Positions 12,095-24,700 of a stretch of DNA of 64,000 nucleotides are shown here, piece after piece. The notes beneath the pieces are model-generated. The model did not search any database and was not told the origin of the DNA. It saw only the letters and a program-made list of their open reading frames with translations. The DNA is taken from the NCBI RefSeq assembly GCF_009834535.1, contig NC_045697.1:45634001-45698000 (forward strand), read 5' to 3'. A program made the position numbers and the translations under genes. The stretch's first letter is position 1; every line of letters starts with the position of its first letter. The DNA comes from Camelus ferus (lineage: Eukaryota).

Positions 12095-13110
12095 GAGAGA
12101 TGGACCAGCCTAATTTTTCCAGCAGAATGGCATACCAGATATTTTAACTGACTCCCTTTCTGAAAACAAATGAAAATTGTGGAGAAAATCAAAAAAACAA
12201 CTTGTACCATGCATTGATGCACTGGCAAGAAAATGATGAATACTCAGAGTCCAAAAACTAAGTGAAAGCAGGAGCACAGAGAGGAAAGCAGAACCCCAGA
12301 GAGGAAAGCAGAACCCTAAAGTCATCTTTGTCTTGAAGACATTTGCCCAACCTCAAGGAATCTCAGCAAGGGCTTCATGACCATGTGGGGGTGGGAGTGA
12401 CAGGAAACCAAACCCAGCCTTTCAGATAGACTAACAGGACTTATTGCCACAACATAAAGCTGAGAAACAGACAAACAAAAAAGGATAAAAACCTTTTAAT
12501 GTATCCAGAAAAAAGCATCATTCCAGAATTATACATCCAGAGAAAACACTTTTGTACTGAGCAAAATGTAGATATTTTCAGACCCCCCCCAAAATGAGAG
12601 ACTTGGCTAACAACAGACTCTTGCCCAAATAAATTCTGTAGGATGTACTTCAGGCAAAAGAAAGTGACCCCAGCTGGAAGGTTAGAGCTAAAAAATAGAA
12701 CTGATAAGAAAGAATAGAAGAGATAAAGAATAGGATAGAATATAATAAATACATAGGTAAATATAAACACATACTGAATGTATGAAATAATATCCTCTGT
12801 AATAAAAAGAATAGTATGTCTAAATCATATTTGTTTTTATTAACATTAACATGTATGTTTGGAAGGAGTTATAATTAAAGTTGGAATGTCTAAATTTTTT
12901 AGAATGAGGGCAGCTATGTTGATTGATTTTAGAATTTGATAGCTATGTATGTATAAATAAAGGGTCACTACAGGAGATAGTGTAAATCATCTTTAAATTA
13001 TAAGAGGAAACAATAAAATGAGGACAAGTGATCGATCAATGAAACAGAAGGCAAGGAGGGAGAGGAAAAATATGGAAGAGGTAGGACAAACAAAATACAC
13101 AAATGTAATG
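12095..13110 (+). mobile_element. Old L1/HAL1-like 5' region and ORF1 remnants
   Basis: ccagaattatacatccagagaaaacac...gatattttcagac resembles the end of L1 ORF1; heavily decayed. Confidence 0.5.
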
Positions 13111-13115
13111 ATAAT

Positions 13116-13396
13116 ATTATGGGCTGAACTGTAACCCCTCAGAATCCAGATATTGAAACCCTAACCCCTATATCTCAGAGAATGCGTTAGACATAGGGAC
13201 TCTAAAGAGGCAATTATGTTACAATGAGCCCATTAGGGTAGGTCCTAATCCAATCAGACTTTATAAGGGGAGGAAATTTGGACACACAGAGAGACATCAG
13301 GGGTTTGTGTGCATGGAGGAAAGACCATGTGAGGACACAGTGAGAGGGGCCACCTGCAAGCCAGAGAGAAAGGCCTCAGAAGAAACGAAATCTCCT
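13116..13396 (+). mobile_element. MLT1B-like MaLR LTR (3'-truncated)
   Basis: tattatgggctgaactgt...attagggtaggtcctaatccaat...ggaaatttggacaca...gcaagccagagagaaaggcctcagaagaaac. Confidence 0.85.
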
Positions 13397-13843
13397 CCTT
13401 TTCTTGTGCAAGGAACTGCTTAGTTCACGTTCAGGTTCTCTTCAAGCCTAACCTTCTGCCCTATTCACCGAGTTTGTAAGCAACATGCAAATGTTGTTTC
13501 TTTCTTAATGGGAATTCTGGTGATCATTGTAGTTACGATTTCTTTTATTTTTCAATGGAAACAAAATGTTCAAGTAAAATTTCTATCATTTTAAACCTAG
13601 AAAAAATCATAAGGAGCTGTTTTCACACAAATCTGTACAGAGCAAATTCATTTACTCATGTCTTTCCAAGTATGGCTACATATGTGTAAAAGTATATTTA
13701 AAAAAAAACTTTGAGTGAAATAAAAATTGCTAAAATGAAACATTTTCCCAATTAACAACATGCTTTATGAAATCATTTAAAAAATCTTAGAACTATTGAT
13801 GTATAGTAATTGGTAATAGTCAGGAAATCACAACTCAACATTT

Positions 13844-14787
13844 TTTTTACATTTTTTTATTGATTTATAATCATTTTACAAAGTGTCAAATTCCAGTGTA
13901 GAGCACAATTTTTCAGTTATATGTGAACATGTGTATATCCATTGTCACATTTTTTTTCTCTGTGAGCTACCATAAGATCTTGTATATATTTCCCTGTGCT
14001 ATATAGTATAATCTTGTTTATCTATTCTACAATTTTGAAATCCCAGTCTATCTCTTCCCACCCCCCGCCCCCTTGGCAACCACAAGTTTATATTCTATGT
14101 CTGTGAGTCTATTTCTGTTATGTGTTTATGCTTTTTTTTTTTTAGATTCCACATATGAGCGATCTCATATGATATTTTTCTTTCTCTTTCTGGCTTACTT
14201 CACTTAGAATGACATTCTCCAGGAGCATCCATGTTGCTGCAAATGGCATTATGCTGTCAGTTTTTATGGCTGAGTAGTATTCCGTTGTATAAATATACCA
14301 CCTCTTCTTTATCCAGTCAACTGTTGATGGATATTTAGGCTGTTTCCATGTCTTGGCTATTGTAAATAATGCTGCTATGAACATTGGGGTGCAGGTGTCA
14401 TCCTGAAGTAGGGCTACTTCTGGATATATGCCCAGAAGTGGGATTCCTGGGTCATATGGTTAAGTCTCTTCCTAGTCTTTTGAGGAATCTCCATACTGTT
14501 TTCCACAGTGGCTGCACCAAACTGCACTCCCACCAGCAGTGTCGGAGGGTTCCCTTTTCTCCATAGCCTCTCCAGCATTCGTCATTTGTGGATTTTTGAA
14601 TGATGGCCATTCTAACTGGTGTGAGGTGATACCTCATTGTAGTTTTGATTTGCATTTCTCTGATAATTAGTGATATTGAGCATTTTTTCATGTGCCTATT
14701 GATCATTTTTGTATGTCTTCCTTGGAGAATTGCTTGTTTAGGTCTTCTGCCCATTTTTGGATTGGGTTGTTTATTTTTTTCTTATTG
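13844..14787 (-). mobile_element. Young 5'-truncated L1 (ORF2 C-terminus plus 3' UTR) with a perfect 14-bp TSD
   Basis: TSD acaactcaacattt at 13830-13843 and 14788-14801; minus-strand target tt|aaatg fits the L1 endonuclease site. ORFs 14452..14754 and 14142..14384 give ORF2 motifs (CWRG...[22 protein letters not shown]). Confidence 0.95.
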
Positions 14788-14989
14788 ACAACTCAACATT
14801 TAACTTTAGAAACACATAATTACAAAAGCATAGTATAGGTTTATAGAAAAAATAGTGAGATAGAAGAGGTGAGAGATAGTTAGAGAATTAGAATGAAGCA
14901 AACACTCTTGATTAATTAATTTAATATATCCATTCAGAAAAAAGTGTATTTTCCTCCAAAGTGAATACTAATTACTCTTACCATTAATA

Positions 14990-15480
14990 CTACTAGCTAC
15001 CATTTATTAAGAAGACACAATGTTCTGAGCAAAGTATTAGGAACTTTTTATCATCTTACTTACTTACATATAATGGCTGGATAGCATTAATATCCTCACT
15101 TTATAAATGTAGGAGTTGGAGGTGTGAGAGTTTGAGAAACTCCCTAAGAGCATGTATCTAGAGAATGGGGCAGGCACCCACACTCACACCTTCACACCCT
15201 CACAGCCAGGGCGGCTTCCCATGAAGCCCATGTTCCTAACCACCACACAATGAACACACAGACCTGGATCCAAATGCTGGCCCTACCACCTGCGTACTCT
15301 GCGACACTGGTAAGTTAGTTATCCTTTTTTAGGATTCAGTTTCTTCTATTATGAAATAGTCATAACACCTGCCTCTTAGAGTTGCTGTGTGAATTAAGAC
15401 TATTTTTGCTAAGCACATACATTGCTGAGTACATGGTAAACACTTAGTAAATATTATCTATTGCTTTAAAACATTTTACT
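14990..15480. mobile_element. Two MIR fragments in opposite orientations
   Basis: ccatttattaag...atcctcactttataaatgtagga (-) and tcagtttcttctattatgaaatag...agagttgctgtgtgaattaa (+). Confidence 0.6.
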
Positions 15481-15924
15481 GTTACTGTTACTATTGTAGT
15501 TATATTATGTTCAGGGTTTTATCAGTTCCTTAGGGATAAAGGAAATGGAATAATCATATCAGAATTTCATTGCCTAAGTGTGTGTAATAATGACTAGGTT
15601 GCAGGGCCTGGTTCAGTTCCTTTGTTAAGTTAGGCATCCTCAGTTAAAACTTTGGATGTATTTTAAAGTTAAAATTTAAGCAGTCCTTCCAGGCATTATA
15701 CAGGATGGACCTAATTGACAATAGAGTCATGATTCTGGTATCCAGAATGGGCATAGTAGGTTAATGGAGCCCTTCTGAAGAATTAGGTTTATTTCAGCCT
15801 GAGTGTGATCTACTTTAGTAACTGAAAGCTTTCTCATTTGGAGCCCTCTATCATTTCAATAGTAATTGGACAATGTTATAAATAATTGTTTTCCATTTCT
15901 CTAATAAAATTTCCTTTAAAAAAA

Positions 15925-16195
15925 ACAGGTTTATTGAGGTATAGTTTACATAACATAAAATTCATCCTAAAGTTTTAAGTGTACAATTCAATGACTTTTA
16001 GTAAATTTGTAGAGCTGTGTAACATAATTTAATTTTAGAATATTTTTATTACCCCCCTAAACATCCCTTGTGCCCATTTTCAGTCACCCCTGTTCCCACC
16101 CCCAGCCCCAGGCAACCACTAACCTACTTTGTATTTCTATAGATTTTCCTTTTCTATTTTTATTCATATAAATAGAATCATATAATATATGATTC
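15925..16195 (-). mobile_element. L1MB-like 3' end
   Basis: tttattgaggtatagtttacata...aagtgtacaattcaatg...ccccagccccaggcaaccactaacctacttt. Confidence 0.85.
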
Positions 16196-17339
16196 TAATA
16201 ACTTTTTAATCACAGTTAATTTCCCAAAAGACATATGAAAACTATACTTTATATCTAAGGGCTCTTTTAAATGATGATGTTATGTTTATAAAAGGAAAAA
16301 TTCCGAAATGCTCATTGTCCTTATATAAAACCCTTGAATCCTTTCTAGAAAAAAAGTCAAGGTTTCACCAAGTATATCATTAAATCAAATGATATTCATT
16401 TGCAACCATGAATAATAGTCTATATTTATTTGCAACCTAAGCAGAAAACACAAATTTTTGTTTAAGTAAACAACAACAATGAAAAACAGAAGGACAAGCT
16501 ATTGATAAATATCAAGATACAAGTATTCCTGATACTGAAGTGGGGGCTCAGACACCAAGGAGCATGTGGCAGTTGAGACCTTACTGAGATGGTCTGTGAC
16601 CTCAAGTGTGAACCAGTGTTAGTTGAAAAGACTTCTGGAATGCTTAGGTCCTCATTATGTCTGATGTGTTGGGAAAAGATGAATTAAAGTACAATTTAGA
16701 CCATTAATATATCATTTGGATCTTTGACTGCTTGTCTTTTCCCAGAAGTGGATAAAAATACAAATTCATAAACTTCTTATGAGTTGAGTACATGTGTTGC
16801 CTGATTTTTCTTGCCAAGCCCTAATGAGGAGACATAAACCTGATACATCGAAACGGGACTTTTTCAACAGTGAAGCCAAAGGCAGTTTTAAAAAAAGCAT
16901 GCTAAGCAGTATGTGGCTGCACAAAAACAGAAACATCCATTTCAGGGTCTGAGAGCCGTCAGACAAGCTAAGTTCTTGTAATCCCCCCTGAGACTGTCAG
17001 CATGCCCCCTGATAAAGACAAATGAAGAAAAAAATTTTATCTCTTAGAATTTTAAGACTCTGGAATGCTTTTATGAATCATTAGTTTTAGGGAATCTTCT
17101 TTTGTTTTGGAAAAGAAACCATTTTGCAAATGGAGTCTAAGTTCTGACAAACAATTGTTTTCTAACATTTCAAAAGTCTGTCACTATAAATTTCTCTGAA
17201 ACAAGTTATTTTCTGAAAATTGTAATGCTGATAATTATTTTGAAATTATTTTCTTATTCAGTGGCACTTAAAAATATCTTTTCACTAGTCACACAATTCT
17301 CAGGGTTATGTTGAAGACAGCTTTTCGTCCTCCCTGTTA

Positions 17340-17550
17340 GAGGCTTATTTTCAGAACCAGCAGAGTTTTACTTCCACATAATGTTGCCCAGAGCAGGTCA
17401 GAGGCTAGCTCAGATTCAAGAGGCAGGCAGAGTGACTTCTTCTCTTGATGAGAGGAGTTGCAAAGTATCATTGCAAAGGATGGATGGATATCACCGCACG
17501 GATAAAGGACAAAGTGGAGAATGGTGGCCTTTTTTTTTTGCAATCTGTTA
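17340..17550 (-). mobile_element. Old MLT1 (G-J-like) LTR fragment
   Basis: gctagctcagattcaagagg...ctcttgatgagaggagttgcaaag...ttgcaatct. Confidence 0.65.
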
Positions 17551-17759
17551 AGGGTTTACTATAAATAACATAAGAGTTTTGCTCACTTTTTGACAGTTGG
17601 AGATTCAATTTGATTTCTGAAGGGAATCATTGACTTTATTATTTTTTTCTCTCTCAGTTTACAAAAATATCCGTATTTGACAAGGTTCTTTTTTGCATCA
17701 CCAGTGAGGATAAGAATAACTTAAGAATGTCTGATCTCACTGTTATCCAAAATGTTTTG

Positions 17760-18345
17760 GAAACCTTAGTAAATGAAAATAATATTAAAAGTAATATATA
17801 TGCTGAAATACTGGAAAGGAGAAAAAAAATCATATTTTACATATAAACTGATAGTTTACTTAGAAAATCCAAGATAGCTAGCTGAAAAATTTCTAAGATA
17901 GCTCAGTAAGTTGATCCAATACAAAATATCTGTACAAAAATTGATTGGTTTTACTCAGCAATAAATAATCTACTAGCTACTTTGCATGCAATCTTTACTT
18001 GCATTATGCTTTTTAAAAATTATAACATTCCTCCAAACATTTTTTTATGAAAAATTTTTCTAAAATAACATAAAAAGTAAACGAAGAGGCTATATTGTTG
18101 AAGGAAATTTATTATTATAAAATAAGTGTATTAAAATTTTAGGCAAATTACCAATGGGGTACTTTTGATTACTTAAAATTTTGCTTTGATGACAGCGGCT
18201 AAGACTATCTGAAATAATTTTGAAAAGGAAGGCTAAACAGCAAAACTTGCATTTAGATATCAAGTTATAATTATTAAATAATAATCACATCTGATGTCAT
18301 TGGTACAGTGATAGGTGGATAATGGAAAGTAATAACTTCAGAAAC
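17760..18345 (+). mobile_element. Decayed old L1 ORF2 fragment
   Basis: gtttacttagaaaatccaag, atacaaaatatctgtacaaaaattgattggtttt and ataattttgaaaaggaa. Confidence 0.6.
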
Positions 18346-19269
18346 ACACCCATACACACAAATGTGTATGCATGTAGTATACATGTTTTCCTATAGCATA
18401 TTTTCTAAATTTTCTGCAGTGAATGTCTACTCTTTCTTTAAACACATGATCCTCAAAGTCTTGTTTCCAGACATACTGCTCTCTGACCTTCATCTCCTAT
18501 CTTTCTAGCTCACATACATTGGAAGCCCCAGTTCAAAAATCCTTTAGAGCTGCTAATTCATTAAACCACTACGTTTCACTGTTTATTACCCTCTTTATGT
18601 ACTCACTTTCCTCCTATCAAGCTAAGATTCCATGGTGCAGTATCATAACTGCTCACCGCATAGCCCTTCAAATTCCTTGCACACATCCTGTTATGCTCAT
18701 TGAAAAAACTGAAATACTGTTTCAACCCAACTTTCCTTTTATTGTTTTTGCATAGCAATGACTGAGTTTGGCTAGAGAAAAATAAAACTATAATGACTGG
18801 TCTCATAAATATTAATGACCATAAACTCCTTTGGACCCACAACACTTGCATAATTGTCTATGATAAGTTCTTCCTCTCTTCCACACCACACTCCCAATTT
18901 TTTTCATATCTTCTTTCCTCAGACTTTCAATAATACCTTTTTTTTCTCACATTCAATGATTTTCTCTCTGAAAATAGAAGAATCCTGGGCATTTCCTCTG
19001 CTTGTCACCAGAGCTCCCATAACAGTTTTTAAAATACTTTTCTTTTTGCACTTCCTACTTTATAATGTAGTGTTTGAGGTCCATGCAGGCTGGAGACTGT
19101 ATCTTTATTTAACTTTGTATGCTTAATATTTCCCCTGGATCTTGGTTCAAAGAAGGTGTATAACCAACATGGTTTTGGATTTGAGGTGATTAAACAAAGT
19201 TTAACAAGATAATTTGTCAGGGTGCTATTTATTTAATCATGCTTCACAGTAAGTGTCACCAGGCAACAA

Positions 19270-19930
19270 AATAATAATAGTGCTAAGAGCTAATTTTTGG
19301 AGAGTGTTTACTATGTGCCAAATTTTGTCTCATGTAATCCTAACACAAGGCCCACAATGTAGGTGCTATTATTAATCCTATTTTATAGATAAGAAAACTA
19401 AAGCAAGAGGAGGTGCTAAGGCCAAGGCTCGTATGGTTAGTGTGTCACTCAGAATTCCAACAGGCAACAATGGCAACGTTTATTTATTTACACAGGGATT
19501 AACAGATGGTGTGTAGGGACACCGCTTAGGACACTGCATGAAGCCAGGGCTATGAGTATTGAAACCATTCCTGCCACTGGCTTTTCCTCACCCTCAAGTG
19601 GGAGAATTAATCAGAACCCAAAGGGAGAGAGGGATTACAGACTGAGAGCAGCCTGGAGAAGAGCAGATACTTGATGTCAAGCGACAGAGATAGCTGCAGG
19701 TAATCTCACAGAAGGAGGAGCCTCACACTGGCCAAACCCAGCTGGGGCTAGAACCCAGATACCATGCATGTACTCCCACAGAAGCAGAATCCCTTCTCTA
19801 CTCTAGGTAGAAAGTAAGGTGGAGAGAAGAACGGAAGAGGCCCTGAAGCAACTAAACAAAGGTACGAGGAATAGTTGGTGATAATGCTGGGGTTTGTACC
19901 CAAACATTTTACTGTGAAGCCTATGCTATG
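19270..19930 (-). mobile_element. MIR sequence (about 19270-19460 and 19870-19930) around an ERVL-type LTR-like segment (LTR16/LTR33-like, about 19480-19860)
   Basis: MIR: tttactatgtgcca...attttatagataagaaaactaaagc. Insert: cactggccaaacccagctggggctagaa...aaggtggagagaag. Confidence 0.55.
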
Positions 19931-21849
19931 CTTTTCGGGGTAGAAGGCAGAAAGGGAGGTTCTGCTTTCAGTTCAGATTCCAAAAACAAGGTGATTCTTA
20001 TGAACAAAGGGATTTTTATTTCCTTTCCACCATCAACATGGATGGAACGTCCATCTTGCAGGGGAAATACAATTGCTTAGGAGAATAAGAGACAATCTTG
20101 AACCTAACAGAAAAATGACAACATTGAATGGGGATTCTCTTTAGCAAACCACTAAGCATTTAGCATTTTGCAGGGTGTATTGGTTTGGACCAAAGGGCTT
20201 CAGACGCAATCAAAGACTAAGAAATGAGAAATAGGAGAGGCTGACAGAATGTAGTCATCTCAGTGGGATAACAGCATCCTGACAGTGAGGATATGACAAA
20301 GCCAGAATAGAGTTTCATCAATTAAGAAGACATTATGGATTAAAACCACTTCCTTACTGAGGAGAAACTATAAATTGATCTCTGAACTTACCATATAGTG
20401 AGGCTTTAAAATTCATTGACTATGAATGTGAAGTAAATTATTTATCATTCTCATTATAGACTGGATTCTGTCAACTTCAGAAAGTCTTTTCATTGTCTCT
20501 CTACAACTCTGTGTTAAAAAAACTCATCAGTATCTTTTAATATAGCCTTCTGAATAGGGTAAATCATACTATGCTTTAGAGGGGCTCATTCACATATACT
20601 TAATGAGAGACCAGTGTGTACTGCGTGCTGTCTTAGGTTCTGAAGACACAATATTGAACAAAATAAGACCCTGACCTCATGGAGTTCACAGTCTAATGAA
20701 GAAGACAGACGACTTCACTACACAGAAATCTGGAATGAACTTCTTTACCATCTGGGTATTTCTCTTATTCTTAGAACTCATTTTTTTGGAGGACTTTGTG
20801 GATGAATCTTCTCACCCCTGTGCAGTGTCCCCGCAGATTCCATTTCTTAGCTTTTCTCTAAACTGTATCTTATTGGTCTCTTGACTGCTTTGTCCCATAT
20901 TAGACTGTAAGTTGCTTGTGACCAGGGATGCTGTCATGTATCTTGGCTCCTCCACAGTCAAGCCTCATGTCCAGCACGGAGAAGACATATAATAATATTT
21001 ATTGATTAGATGCAAAAATGAACAAAAGAGAAAATAAAAATACCTTTCTTCTACCCACTTTCCAAATGTTAACCTCAAAATGAGCATAAGTCATCTGCAT
21101 GCTTTGATGGTGAGAAGTGTAACAGTCACCATTTATTGATAATCCTCTATGTGACAGGGGCTTTGCCTATATTTCTATTAAGTAAGTCAGGCATTTCTGT
21201 TTCCATCTTTTAATCACATAAGAAAAATATTAAATATTTTGCCAAAGGACTCACAGCTACTTATTTGCCAAGCTGGAGCTTTGAATGAAGGTTTACTAAC
21301 TCAAGTCTTTGCTCTCTCCTATATACCAGACTACATTCCAGCAAGCATGGAAGAATGTCTCCGATTAGTTGTAAATTGTTGCTATAACAATGAACACATT
21401 CTCTAGGAAGATATCTTCAACCCTATGTAAAAATTAGGACACAGTGGGATTGTGAAAACTCAAACTGCCATATTTCTCCTTCTATACAAGATTGTGAATG
21501 ATCTAAAAGATACTTCCAAGCAATGCTGCCTGGAAGTGAGTACCTTCTGGAGCAAACCAGAGCCTATCCAAGGCTTTAGTAAGTGTCCCACCTCTCCCTC
21601 TTCAACCCCCCAAGGAGAGATGATAGTGCCCCTCCCAGCAATCAGTAAGCAATCAGTAAGGGGAGATGGTAGCATTACCTGGAATGTGAAATTCAGGGTG
21701 ACCATATGGAGTGTAAAAGGGATTATGTAAAAGATAAGTTATAAAAGTAGCAAAGTCCTAGACATTATTATTCAATGCTGAATACATTTCAGAGATACAG
21801 AAAGGGGAGTTGGTGGAGACCAGCCTACTATTAAAGGAAGATTTCAGAC

Positions 21850-22440
21850 CATTCATTCTCACATTTAGTGAATGTTTATTGAGAGTCCATGAGCAAATCA
21901 TTGCTCCAGACACTGATAATAAATAAAGTCCCGGCTCTCAGTGCATCACTTTTCAGTAGGGAAAGAAGAGTCATAAATATGTAAACAAATAACTGCAGGT
22001 AGAGAAATTGCGCTGTGAGAACAATGAAGTTGATATTAATTGGAAAGGACATAGATACTTAAGATAGGGAGGTTGAAACAATCCTTTCTGAGAAGGACAT
22101 GTTTTAATTGAAACTTGAACAATGAGAAAGCCATGTGAAGATGCTGGGGAATAACATTCCAGGCAGAAGGAGCAGCAAGTGCAGTGGCCCTCTTACAGGA
22201 AATCACCTGGCTTGTTCAAAAGATAGAAAGGTCATTGTGTCTGGATTATAGTGAGAATGGAGAAGCGTGCAGGGAAGGGATGACATGAGATACATTTGGG
22301 GATTAAGAAGGACCTAAATTCTGTAGGCTAAGTGGGCTCTAAGAATGGCTTTCAATTTGATTTAAAGGCAATAGGAAGTCACTGAGGAGTTTCACGCAAC
22401 AAAGTTACTGTGAGTTTTAATTTAAAGACATCACTGAAGA
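21850..22440 (-). mobile_element. L2 3' region
   Basis: cattcattc...aatgtttattgag...aacattccaggcagaaggagcagcaagtgc...gcaataggaagtcactgaggagttt. Confidence 0.8.
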
Positions 22441-23009
22441 ATTTGAAAGGTCCCCCAGAGAAGAACGTATGAGGCTTGAGCAGATGGTGCTGTGCTAAAA
22501 ATGGAGGAGAGCACAGAAAGGACCACTGAATTGTGTAGGACTTTGCCTTAACCTTCAGGGCTAGAGGGCTGCTGCAACCAATATGAGCAGAGCAGACATA
22601 AATTCTATTTAGTCATGTTTTAGGCAGTAAATGGAAATTTAACCTACATTAGGGTTGAAGAAAAGGTAGTGAGACTGGATATAGCAACAGTACCCCAGAC
22701 CCTTAAATCCCATCCTCTTACCCACACCTGCAAAGAGCCTGAAGGAAATGAAAACTTCAAGCGAATAAACATTCATGATTATTCGGAGGTTTTGTTGGCG
22801 ATACCCGGTGTCATAGCCTAAGGCCCTAGGCTGAATTATGTGAAGGAGCAACTGTTATTTAGGTGCCCGAGGTGACCCTGAGTCTTAGATTGCAGGTGGC
22901 TGAAAGGCCTCCTCTTCCCACACTAAGCGCACACCCAAGCCTCGGCTATTGTTATCAAATTCAAAATTTACCGGACAATCAGACTGGGTCATGCACTGTG
23001 CAGACTGGG

Positions 23010-23350
23010 CCATGAACTGTGCTAAACACTTCACATGCACTATTTCATCCAGTACTCACAGCGAACTTACTAAACAAGTACACTTTACAGATTAGGAAAG
23101 TGGGGCTTGAGAGAGGTAGTTTCCCCAGGTTATAGCTCGATGTGACAGAGCTGGAATTGGAAACCAAGTTTGTCTGATTCCTGAGCCCATTTTCTTCACC
23201 ATTACACTCTATTGCCCCTCTACCACCCTGACAGTGATGTGAAAAAGTTAAGAGGTGGCAACCCTTCCCCAGTGTCTAGGGTGGAACTGGTTAATAACTT
23301 GGCCAAGCTCACTCATATAAGCGGTGGTAGAGCTGGGATTAGAACTCAGG
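23010..23350 (-). mobile_element. MIR fragments
   Basis: actgtgctaaacacttcacatgcactatttcat...ttttacagattaggaaagtggggct; ggtagagctgggattagaactcagg. Confidence 0.7.
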
Positions 23351-24539
23351 AACCCGTGGGTATTGCCCAACAGGCTGCAGCCTCTTCTTTTCTATGTGTA
23401 ATTTGTTTTTTCTGTCTAGAGAAAGATCCAGCCAAAGTTCACCAGCTCTCCCACCCCCAGCGATCATCTCCCTCATAGCACCCCCAAGGAGAAGGGATGA
23501 GTCCGGCTCCAGGATGTGCGTCTAGCAGAGGAGCTAGGGGCATGCAGTCTCTTTTCCTTGCTTACACACTGAGAAAGACTGGGCCGAATAGATTAGCTAG
23601 TTTCCTCTTGGCTTTAGAAAGAAATTCTGGCTTGTTTTCTTGCCAACACTTTCTTGTTAGACTGGTAAACAAAGATTTATAGGAGAGGGGTTGGGTGAAA
23701 AGGAGACACGAAGTTCCTCTCAATCTATTTCAAGTGTCTTGGGTCACTTAGGACAAAATCTAATTCAGACCAAAAGGCAACCTTCATGTGATTTAGTTTA
23801 GTTCATCACGGGATTTGGAACAAAAGCATCATTTTAAAAGAGGGTGCCCATTTGCCTCGATTATTATCTTAGCATCCTATTGGGGAAGGTTGTTCTCACA
23901 CACGTTCTAGTTGTGCAGGGATCAAATACATATTTTTTGGATTTAGACTGAAATATGAGTGTAATACTACCTTAGATATAACTTACATGACCTGGCTTAA
24001 TTTTGTAATATTTTAATTATTTACTTGGTTTCTAAAAATCTTGTTTAAGGGGTATATTGTGATAGAAATATCTGAACCTGTGTGGACTTGTCTGTTCATC
24101 TGGGCTACAGAACAGGACAGTCAGGGACTGTGTTGGAACATCAACTTGGGGTTTGTAAAACGCTATTTGCACAGGGACCTTTGTATGATCATTTTGAGCA
24201 TTAAGAGCTTCAAGACCAGTGCTATAGAGATTATTTCCCTCTAGGCAGGAAGAGTTTGTGACCTTTATTGCCAGTGAGACCACAAAATTGAGGCTAACTG
24301 AACAGCCAGGCACCAATTAAGATGCTTACCTCAGTCAAAGATGATGCACTGACTCCAATGTCAGAGCAAAATGAGCATCGGTCAGCAGCTCAATTATTCA
24401 ATGTGTGTTTATAAACTGTTTACTGTTACTGTGTGCTAGGCGCACGATGACCAAGACACCACCTTTGTCCTTAATCTCCCTACGTTCTAATGTATTTGTA
24501 CATATTTATCCTTCTTGGAAACATTTAGTTGTCACGAGT

Positions 24540-24700
24540 GGCAGTTTGGGACAGTAGAAAGAGTCTAGACTGGGCAGGAGTGAAAACATCAGGGTCTACT
24601 CGCAGTTCTGCCACTAGTTAGCTATGCAGCCATACATGAGTAACTTAAACTCTTTGTGACTCACTTTCCTCACGTGTAAAAGGAAAGTAACAGGAATGAT
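24540..24700 (+). mobile_element. MIR fragment
   Basis: gttctgccactagttagctatg...taacttaaactctttgtgactcactttcctcacgtgtaaaa. Confidence 0.7.
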
